This document shows, piece after piece, positions 1 to 7,260 of a stretch of 49,730 nucleotides of DNA (position 1 is its first letter; the number at the start of each line of letters is the position of its first letter). Origin of the DNA: Candidatus Eiseniibacteriota bacterium (GTDB lineage: Bacteria > Orphanbacterota > Orphanbacteria > Orphanbacterales > Orphanbacteraceae); assembly GCA_043809585.1 (NCBI GenBank), contig JBDROZ010000081.1:1-49730 (forward strand). The letters are read 5' to 3'. The notes below the pieces were generated by a model, which ran no database searches, had not been told where the DNA came from, and was given only the letters and a program-made list of their open reading frames with translations. The position numbers and the translations under genes are program-made.

Positions 1-53
1 CTCCGGCCAATATTCAAAAGGGACGCCCGAGCAGCCCCCCTCCCCCGCCCAAA

Positions 54-141
54 TGGCGGAGGGAGTGGGATTCGAACCCACGGACCCTTGCGGGTCAGCG
101 GTTTTCAAGACCGCCGCCTTCAACCACTCGGCCATCCCTCC
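54..141 (-). tRNA. tRNA-Ser (anticodon UGA)
   Basis: Reverse complement reads GGAGGGATGGCCGAGTGGTTGAAGGCGGCGGTCTTGAAAACCGCTGACCCGCAAGGGTCCGTGGGTTCGAATCCCACTCCCTCCGCCA: 7-bp acceptor stem, GCGGT/ACCGC anticodon stem with TGA, long variable arm, GTTCGAATC T-loop and encoded CCA. Confidence 0.97.
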
Positions 142-282
142 CACCCTACGTCGTCGCTGTTGATTCTAGAGCACCTTGTCCTGTGAATGAAACATGTTAT
201 TCGTCCCGAAGCAACAGCTCCTTGCCATTCCTGCGACCGTTCTTTCTGGGGACGAGCCGACCAGCGGGCAAGGCAATTGGAA

Positions 283-1272
283 TCAGCCCTTCCTCCCGTC
301 ACGTTCCGGACGGGCTGCCCGCCCAGCATGTTCGGTTGCGTTCTTCGCCTTCCAGAGGAGCACTGGATGCTGCTGCAGGCGTTCGGCCAGTTCCGCGTCC
401 TCGGGAAAAAGCAATTGGGGCTGGAAGTCCCCGGACTGAAGTCTGTCAATGTACTCCCGCTCGGCGGGTGTCAAGTCGAGGAAGGGGCGCACCACCGCCC
501 ACGCCTTCTCCACAAGTTCCTCTGATCTCGGGCGGTGCCCTGAGCGCAACATAGGATGAAGCCGCCGCTGGATCTCCTTCTCGTCAAGACGTTCAATCCG
601 AGACCGGTCGTAGGCATGGAGGGGATGGGGTAATGCCCCTGAAAACGCCACAAAGATCGAACGTAGTCGATCTCCCGGCCACGGGTTAGTCGACAGAGTG
701 GGAATCCGTGCTACGTCCCACGCGTCTCTCGGCGCCACGCGATCGAGCAGTGCCAGCAGCTTCCCCGCAGCAATCTCTTCGAAAGAGAGCAGGGGGAACC
801 GCAGCTCGGGCTCCTCGCCCGGACGCCAGATGGAACGCTCCTCGACTGGAAGCAAGCATATCCTGTACATGTAGTTTACGTCGATTTCGACACGGTCATC
901 CAGTCCATCGAAACGACTGTAGTCGAGGTAGAACTTCCTACCGGCGTGCGCATCACCTGACAGTTGGACGCCGTACCCCTGCGCCCGGACAATCTCCACA
1001 AGGGCCCGCTCAATGAGCGGCCGCTCTCGAAGCATCGCCTCCCGCTCCAGGCTGCGAACGTAGTTGAAGTCGAGATCCACCGAGAGTCGTTCGGGCGGAC
1101 CAAAGAAGAGGTTCAGCGCGCTTCCCCCTTTGAGTACCAGTGAATCGCCAAGACGAGGATGCTTGTGGATATCCGCGAGAACCTCTGTAAGACGAAGCAC
1201 CTTCTCCAGGCTAGGCGCCAGGAAACCAGTTTTCGCGGCAAGAGCTTGGAGTCGACTACGCCTCGGGTGCAT
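283..1272 (-). CDS. abiEii: AbiEii/AbiGii-family nucleotidyltransferase toxin (type IV TA)
   Basis: Motifs LEKVLRL, LVLKGGSALNLF, RLSVDLDF, EEIAAGKLLAL and RDAWD are typical of the family. Overlaps the 3' end of the upstream antitoxin gene. Confidence 0.9.
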   Translation of the reverse strand: MHPRRSRLQALAAKTGFLAPSLEKVLRLTEVLADIHKHPRLGDSLVLKGGSALNLFFGPPERLSVDLDFNYVRSLEREAMLRERPLIERALVEIVRAQGYGVQLSGDAHAGRKFYLDYSRFDGLDDRVEIDVNYMYRICLLPVEERSIWRPGEEPELRFPLLSFEEIAAGKLLALLDRVAPRDAWDVARIPTLSTNPWPGDRLRSIFVAFSGALPHPLHAYDRSRIERLDEKEIQRRLHPMLRSGHRPRSEELVEKAWAVVRPFLDLTPAEREYIDRLQSGDFQPQLLFPEDAELAERLQQHPVLLWKAKNATEHAGRAARPERDGRKG

Positions 1273-2077
1273 GACCTTCGAACCCTCGTGTCAGGTGCTC
1301 GGGGAGGATCAAGTTCCATGTCGAGACCAGACGTCCCCCCCGCTGACCACGCAGGAGGTACTGGTGGCGTCGGGGACGTCTCGCCCTGCAGAGCTCGAGG
1401 AAATCGGACGGCGGAAGCCATCGTTCCCTCTGAGAGTCAACGAACCATCCGACCGCGGCCCACACGGAACGTTGACCATAGGCGTCCAGAACCTGCTCCA
1501 GGAGTGCAAAGTCGATGAGCGCGAAGCCAGAGGCCGACTCCACCAGCTCGTCGAGTCCCCCCACACGGTGGGGATGTCGAAATCCTTCTACAAGAGTACG
1601 TTCCGGGCCGGTCACCCGAAGACGGCGGCCATGGTGCTCGATCTCACGTACCCCAAGAGACTCGCGACCCGCCCGGCGCAGAGGTGCCGGTGTTTCCAGA
1701 AAGACGACCCGGATCGCATCAAGCCGAATCGGCGATCGGCGGCTGTCACAGAGCACGGTGCAGTGGTTCCAAACCGAATGCGCCGCTCCCAGCAACTCGA
1801 GTGCCGCATGGTAGCAGAAGACTCCCTCCGGACGGGCGGCTGCCGCGACCAGGTAGCGATCTGGCTGGAAGCCTCCAGGCAGAATTCCCGGAGGCACAAC
1901 GGCGAACAGGCCGCGAGCCACTGCCTTGACCCTCCCCCGCCGTATATGGTGCTTCAGCTGATTACGGGCGGATGGAAGATCACGCTCCTCTCCCCGCGCC
2001 TTGGCGAACTCGGCCAGTGAAAACACTGGATAGGCCGCCAGGAACTCCTCGAAACTCAGTTGACGTTTTGTGCCCAT
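1256..2077 (-). CDS. abiEi: AbiEi-family antitoxin / transcriptional regulator (type IV TA)
   Basis: N-terminal winged-helix-like segment (VFSLAEF...VARGLF), YHAALELLG and RVTGPERTLVE...GGLDE motifs. Directly upstream of the AbiEii gene. Confidence 0.85.
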   Translation of the reverse strand: MGTKRQLSFEEFLAAYPVFSLAEFAKARGEERDLPSARNQLKHHIRRGRVKAVARGLFAVVPPGILPGGFQPDRYLVAAAARPEGVFCYHAALELLGAAHSVWNHCTVLCDSRRSPIRLDAIRVVFLETPAPLRRAGRESLGVREIEHHGRRLRVTGPERTLVEGFRHPHRVGGLDELVESASGFALIDFALLEQVLDAYGQRSVWAAVGWFVDSQRERWLPPSDFLELCRARRPRRHQYLLRGQRGGRLVSTWNLILPEHLTRGFEGHAPEA

Positions 2078-2087
2078 ACGGGTAAGA

Positions 2088-2116
2088 AAACTACCCGTTT
2101 CTCAACTGATTGTCAA
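2088..2116 (-). promoter_or_regulatory. sigma-70 promoter of the abiE operon with overlapping operator repeats
   Basis: Minus strand TTGACA-17 nt-TAGTTT, 10 nt before the ATG. Inverted repeat ACGGGTA/TACCCGT (2078-2098) and TCAACTGA repeats overlap it. Confidence 0.7.
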
Positions 2117-2131
2117 CTGACTCTTTTCCAT

Positions 2132-2345
2132 CTCGTTGGGGAAGTGGGCGGGCGTGTGGCAGGTCCCGGTGAATACCGGCGAATCCAGGACTACGTGATC
2201 AACTCGGCCACGGGCGAGGTAGTTCACACACACCCCCCTCGACGTGCCGATTCTCATGCAGGAACTGGTCGAGTGCTTGAACACGGAGAAGAAAACTTAT
2301 CCGGTCCTGGAAAGCGGGATCGCCCAGTTCCAGATCGTCCATACC
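2132..2345 (+). pseudogene. Fic-domain protein fragment (frameshifted, truncated)
   Basis: One frame gives PGEYRRIQDYVINSATGEVVHT. After a shift near 2235 another gives DVPILMQELVECLN...PVLESGIAQFQIVH. This is the segment preceding the Fic HPFxxGNGR motif, which is absent. Confidence 0.7.
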
Positions 2346-2469
2346 GGGCCGGATCCGCCCCCCGATGGAACCGCCTGTGTTCCAGGAAGAAGTGCTCCTC
2401 TGCAGCAAGGATTCGCTCGACAAAGGTAAAGCAATATGTTGCTTTTCTCGGATGAAGCATGAGAGCGTG

Positions 2470-2504
2470 AGGTCGACGAAACCGAGACAGAATGATGAAC
2501 GATC
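2470..2504 (+). repeat. 35-bp direct repeat, copy 1 (spans helicase start codon)
   Basis: AGGTCGACGAAACCGAGACAGAATGATGAACGATC, 33/35 identical to 6628-6662. Confidence 0.85.
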
Positions 2505-4975
2505 GTAGACGCGACGCCTCCTTTGAAGAGCTGAAGCGAGAGGAAGCACGGTTAGCAGAACTCGATGCGGAGCGCGACCAAGCGCGGCAGCGGATCGCTC
2601 GGCTGCAAGCCGAGTTGTCTTCGCTCGAGGAATCAGGGCACGCTGAGCAGCGGCGTGACATTCAGGACGGAGGAGCGCCGAGAGCCCCCAGTGAGAAAAT
2701 CGCTTTATTCCGTCAGCTGTTTCGCGGGCGCACGGATGTCTTCCCGAAACGCTGGATGAATGTAAAGAACGGCACTGCGGGGTACTCGCCGGCCTGCGCC
2801 AAGGAATGGGTTCGGGGCCTGTGCGACAAACCCCGCGTCAAGTGCAGCGAGTGTCCGAACCAGGCCTTCATCCCCGTCAGTGACCAAGTACTCCTCGACC
2901 ATTTCCTGGGGCGGCACGTCGTGGGCCTCTATCCCCTTTTGGAAGATGAGACGTGTTGGCTTCTGGCCATCGACTTCGACAAGGGGATGTGGAAGGAAGA
3001 CGTATCCGCCTTCATAGAGATCTGCCAGGAGACGAACATGCCGGTGGCAGTTGAGCGTTCGCGGTCGGGCGATGGCGCTCACGTTTGGTTCTTCTTCAAA
3101 TCGCCCATGTTTGCGAGCGCTGCACGGAAAATGGGCTGCTATCTGATCACGCGGGCGATGGCACGCCGCCATGAGTTACCGATGAGATCCTATGATCGCC
3201 TCTTTCCGAACCAAGATACGATGCCTCGTGGTGGTTTCGGCAACCTCATCGCCCTGCCGTTTCAAGACGGTCCGCGACAGCAAGGCAACTCGGTCTTCGT
3301 CGATACCCAATGGATCCCATACTCCGACCAATGGGAATACCTGGCCTCGCTTCGACGTATTGAGCCCGCTGAGGTTGAGTCGCTCGCACAAGAAGCATCC
3401 GAAAGGAGCCTCGTGATCGGTGTGGGGATGGGAGAGGCGGTCGACAACGACGATTGTACTCGTCCATGGTCGCGATCGCCCTCACGCCGTGGTCCCCAAC
3501 CAGTCATGTCAGGACCACTCCCGAAGCAAGTTCGGGCTGTTCTGGCACAGCTCCTGTATGTGGAGAAAGCTGATTTGCCTTCTCCGCTCTTGGATCAGAT
3601 AAAGCGTTGCGCGGCGTTCCAGAATCCCGAGTTCTATAAGAAGCAATCGATGAGACTCTCCACAGCGTTGACGCCACGAGTGATCAGTTGTGCCGAGGAT
3701 TTCCCCCAGCACATCGCCTTGCCGAGGGGATGCGTTGACGATCTTCGGGAGTTGCTTGCCTCATTGGGCGTTGCTTTGGAGATCAAGGACAGTCGCTGTC
3801 TGGGTCAACCCCTTGATGTTCAGTTCCACGGCGAGTTGACACAGATTCAAAAGGAGGCCGTGCGCGCATTGCTTGCGAATGAAACCGGTGTTTTGGTCGC
3901 GCCGCCTGGTTCGGGCAAGACGGTCGTGGGGATACATCTCGTAGCACAGCGGGCCCGTAGCACTATGATCCTCGTGCATCGAACGCCGCTGCTGGACCAG
4001 TGGATCACTCAGCTATCCACGTTCCTGGATCTCAACCCCAAGGAGATCGGCCAAATCGGGGGCGGAAAGCGCAAACCCAATGGCAGCTTGGACGTCGCCA
4101 TGATCCAGAGCCTCGTGCGCCATGACAGGATCGACGACATCGTTGCCACTTACGGCCAGGTCATCGTGGACGAGTGTCATCATGTTCCGGCTGTCTCCTT
4201 CGAGCGTGTCCTGCGTGAAGTCCGGGCGCGGTACGTCAACGGTCTCACAGCAACACCGCGCCGTCGAGACGGCCATCACCCCATTCTCCAACTTCAGATT
4301 GGGCCAGTACGTTTCTCAATCGACCCCAAGAACCAGGCGGCGCAGCAGCACTTCAAACACCGACTCATCGTGCGAGAAACCAGCTTCCGGTTGGCGCATT
4401 TGACTAAAGACATCGGAATTCAGGAGATCTATAACCAGCTGGCGCTGGACGAGGACCGGAATACACTCATCCTCGATGATGTCATACGAGCTCTTGAAGA
4501 GGGCCGATCTCCTATTCTGCTTACGGAACGACGAGACCACCTCGCGTTCTTCACGAAGCGCCTCCAAGGCGTAGCTCGCAACCTCGTTGTTCTTCGAGGC
4601 GGAATGAGAAGCAAGGAACGGCGTGCCGCTGCCGAGAAGCTAGCAAGTATACCGGACACCGAAGAGCGCCTGTTGTTGGCAACGGGGCGCTTCATTGGGG
4701 AAGGCTTCGACGATACCCGCTTGGACACGCTCTTCCTCGCGATGCCTGTCTCATGGAGAGGCACGCTTGTGCAGTATGCGGGACGTCTTCACCGCCAGCA
4801 CCACGCGAAGACAGAAGTCCACATTTTGGATTATGCGGATCGCCATGTCCCCGTGCTGGCCAGAATGTTCGAAAGACGCGCACGCGGATACCGCGCAATG
4901 GGCTACCTTCTTGGCGCGTACGCAGATTCGTATGGTAAGGAGAGTGAAGATTGCGTTATCGAGTATGATGAATAG
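2492..4975 (+). CDS. TOTE-type archaeo-eukaryotic primase domain fused to an SF2 (DExH/ResIII-like) helicase
   Basis: N-terminal coiled coil. AEP-like motifs LFRGRTDVF, LLAIDFD, ERSRSGDGAHVW and SYDRLFPNQD...GNLIALP. Helicase motifs APPGSGKT, DECHH, LTATP, GEGFD and QYAGRLHR. Confidence 0.85.
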   Translation: MMNDRRRDASFEELKREEARLAELDAERDQARQRIARLQAELSSLEESGHAEQRRDIQDGGAPRAPSEKIALFRQLFRGRTDVFPKRWMNVKNGTAGYSPACAKEWVRGLCDKPRVKCSECPNQAFIPVSDQVLLDHFLGRHVVGLYPLLEDETCWLLAIDFDKGMWKEDVSAFIEICQETNMPVAVERSRSGDGAHVWFFFKSPMFASAARKMGCYLITRAMARRHELPMRSYDRLFPNQDTMPRGGFGNLIALPFQDGPRQQGNSVFVDTQWIPYSDQWEYLASLRRIEPAEVESLAQEASERSLVIGVGMGEAVDNDDCTRPWSRSPSRRGPQPVMSGPLPKQVRAVLAQLLYVEKADLPSPLLDQIKRCAAFQNPEFYKKQSMRLSTALTPRVISCAEDFPQHIALPRGCVDDLRELLASLGVALEIKDSRCLGQPLDVQFHGELTQIQKEAVRALLANETGVLVAPPGSGKTVVGIHLVAQRARSTMILVHRTPLLDQWITQLSTFLDLNPKEIGQIGGGKRKPNGSLDVAMIQSLVRHDRIDDIVATYGQVIVDECHHVPAVSFERVLREVRARYVNGLTATPRRRDGHHPILQLQIGPVRFSIDPKNQAAQQHFKHRLIVRETSFRLAHLTKDIGIQEIYNQLALDEDRNTLILDDVIRALEEGRSPILLTERRDHLAFFTKRLQGVARNLVVLRGGMRSKERRAAAEKLASIPDTEERLLLATGRFIGEGFDDTRLDTLFLAMPVSWRGTLVQYAGRLHRQHHAKTEVHILDYADRHVPVLARMFERRARGYRAMGYLLGAYADSYGKESEDCVIEYDE

Positions 4976-5142
4976 GTCGTCCCCTTGCTCCACAATAGAC
5001 CCGAGACCACGGCAAAGGATCGGAGATTGAAGGAAGAACAGCAAGACGCCCCAGCGGCGTAAACCGTTGGGGCGCAAGTTACTAACTAGGATGGTGTCAC
5101 TTCGGCAGTCGGTGCGATTTAATGCAGTACATTCCTTATAAC

Positions 5143-5183
5143 GTTTTCAAGACCACCCCCTTCAACCACTCGGCCATTTCTCC
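5143..5183 (-). repeat. Partial copy of the tRNA-Ser 5' half (putative att-site relic)
   Basis: GTTTTCAAGACCACCCCCTTCAACCACTCGGCCATTTCTCC matches 101-141 at 37/41 positions in the same orientation. Similarity starts just 3' of the anticodon loop. Confidence 0.85.
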
Positions 5184-5353
5184 GGGCGACCGTTGGCATT
5201 CTCACAACGGAGTCAAGGGGCGAGCGTCTGTTTTCGCCAGGAACCGCTTCGTGCGCGCATTTGTGCGCACTCCCGTGCCCACTTCCGGCTTTGCGGCCAC
5301 CGGCCGGCATTCCGAGATTCCCTCCAGGCGCTGAGGCACCCTGAAAAAAGAAC

Positions 5354-5381
5354 GTGACATATTCGATTTTCATGGTATGCT
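5354..5381 (+). promoter_or_regulatory. Putative sigma-70 promoter giving a leaderless mRNA
   Basis: GTGACA-16 nt-TATGCT with an extended -10 TG. The ATG begins 7 nt downstream and no Shine-Dalgarno is visible. Confidence 0.45.
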
Positions 5382-5387
5382 CCGGCC

Positions 5388-6581
5388 ATGATTGATAGGC
5401 CTCGATTGCTGAATACGATTCGTCGGGCGCTAAGGCGCAGTCGTGTGGTGGCCCTGATTGGGCCACGGCAATCCGGCAAGACGACGGCAGCACGCCGGAT
5501 CATCGACGCTGAGTCGCCGAACTACTTCGATCTCGAAGACCCGGCGAGCTTGGCGCGACTTGCCGAACCGATGACGGCGCTCGCACCCCTGCGAGGTGTG
5601 GTCGTCATCGACGAGGTGCAGAGGCGGTCGGATCTCTTTCCGGTGCTCCGCGTTTTAGCGGACCGGAAACCTCTGCGCGGGCGCTTCCTCATCCTCGGCA
5701 GTGCTTCGCCGGCGCTCCTACGGCAGTCCTCGGAGTCCCTCGCCGGCCGGCTGGAGACGATTACGCTCACAGGTTTCAACTTGGAGGAGTTAGGCGGAGA
5801 AGCGCTACCGCGCCACTGGCGTCGCGGCGGCTTCCCATTGGCCTACGTTGCCCGCTCGGAAGTCGACAGCTTCCATTGGCGAAGCCAGTTCATCCAGACA
5901 TTCCTGGAGCGCGATCTCCCGCAACTCGGAATCAGCATCCCCGCCCCAACCATGCTGCGGTTCTGGACAATGCTGGCACATTATCATGGCAATGTCTGGA
6001 ACGCGGCGGAGCCAGCTCGTTCGTTGGGCGTGAGCCAGCCTACCGTGCGCCGGTATCTCGACCTGCTCACGAACCTTTTCATCGTAAGACAACTGGCGCC
6101 TTGGCACGAGAACCTCAAGAAGCGACAGATCAGGTCACCCAAGATCTACCTTCGTGATAGCGGACTTCTGCATCAGCTTCTCGGCATCCGCACCGACAGA
6201 GACCTTCTCTCCCATCCCAAATCTGGGGCGTCTTGGGAAGGATACGCCATCGAAGCGACACTGAAGCTGATCGAGCCAGACGAGGCTTACTTCTGGAGAA
6301 CACACACAGGGGCCGAACTGGATCTCCTGCTCTTCAAGAACGGCCGTCGCTTTGGTGTCGAGATAAAGCGGCAGGACGGACCGAGTCTATCACCCTCGAT
6401 GCGCGTCGCGCTCTCCGATCTTCGACTTGACCATCTGACGGTCCTCTATCCGGGCGAGCACGGCTACAAGCTTGCCGAGCGCGTCACTGTGGTGCCGCTT
6501 GTAGAGCTTGCCGGCGGCGATCCGAGAGTGGTTATTCCTCAGATCCGTCGCTCTCCTACACGCCGGGGCGCCGGAAGTTGA
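5388..6581 (+). CDS. AAA+ ATPase (AAA_14) with C-terminal DUF4143 / PD-(D/E)xK-like domain
   Basis: Walker A GPRQSGKTT, Walker B VIDEVQ, LGSAS, SESLAGR, GGFP, SPKIYLRDSGL and FWRT..GAELDLL...VEIK. Confidence 0.9.
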   Translation: MIDRPRLLNTIRRALRRSRVVALIGPRQSGKTTAARRIIDAESPNYFDLEDPASLARLAEPMTALAPLRGVVVIDEVQRRSDLFPVLRVLADRKPLRGRFLILGSASPALLRQSSESLAGRLETITLTGFNLEELGGEALPRHWRRGGFPLAYVARSEVDSFHWRSQFIQTFLERDLPQLGISIPAPTMLRFWTMLAHYHGNVWNAAEPARSLGVSQPTVRRYLDLLTNLFIVRQLAPWHENLKKRQIRSPKIYLRDSGLLHQLLGIRTDRDLLSHPKSGASWEGYAIEATLKLIEPDEAYFWRTHTGAELDLLLFKNGRRFGVEIKRQDGPSLSPSMRVALSDLRLDHLTVLYPGEHGYKLAERVTVVPLVELAGGDPRVVIPQIRRSPTRRGAGS

Positions 6582-6627
6582 ATGAACGAATCAGCCCAGA
6601 GCTTCGGTCTTGGGATATGGAAAGGTC

Positions 6628-6662
6628 AGGCCGACGGAACCGAGACAGAATGATGAACGATC
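6628..6662 (+). repeat. 35-bp direct repeat, copy 2 (possible relic of a second helicase 5' end)
   Basis: AGGCCGACGGAACCGAGACAGAATGATGAACGATC, 33/35 identical to 2470-2504. Confidence 0.85.
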
Positions 6663-7260
6663 TCGGTGTGATTTCCGTGATTCGAGAGGAGGAGAACATC
6701 GCACCGGGACCGGATCAGAAACCCCTGGCCCTTTTCGAGCCGGAGGTCTGCGGCAATTCAGGGACATGAGATTCAGTCTCGACGGGAATTCACCCGGCCA
6801 CTTGGGTTTGCGTCCGCCTATCGGGAGAGAATGGGACGGGCGAGGAGTCAAAGAATCTGCCGGATGAGAGTCGCGGGATAGGCTTGCATCGGACCCCGCG
6901 GGCCCGGACACTCCCCCATCCGCCGACACCCAAACATCTTGCCGCATCATAGGTTCGGGCGTCCGCGCCCCACGGGAATTGTGCCAGCGGGCCGGTGGTG
7001 GAAGACTGATCCCTCCCCCTCTCCCTTCCTTCTTCGCCACTCGGCGGATTACATAGTACAATGAAAACTAGAGAGACCGGAATGGTCGATCGGTGGAGAA
7101 TTCCCCAGCGAAGATGATTCGAGAGGCGGCGGGGCCGTCGGAGGGAGTGCCTATGGGTCGATCTGCCTAGGATTGGAGGGTTTGTGCTCTTTGAGCCCGG
7201 CCCCCATGGGGAGTGCCCGGAGTGAAACCCGGCAAGTCCGATGAAGGGAGGAACGAGCCC

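Larger units (their letters stand above)
142..5183. mobile_element. Putative tRNA-Ser-integrated genomic island (defence cargo, no integrase seen)
   Basis: Bounded by the tRNA and its partial duplicate, visibly more AT-rich than the rest of the window, and carrying TA/helicase cargo. May extend as a tandem island to about 6800. Confidence 0.6.

Noticed and set aside
1-9. CTCCGGCCA at the window edge could be the 5' end of a minus-strand tRNA-Leu (GCCGGAG...) or the CCA end of a plus-strand tRNA
   Set aside because: Only 7-9 nt are visible, which cannot support a call without flanking sequence.
7033-7045. TTCGCCACTCGGC resembles part of the tRNA D-arm and could be a third att relic
   Set aside because: Only a 9-nt exact match in GC-rich DNA, compatible with chance.
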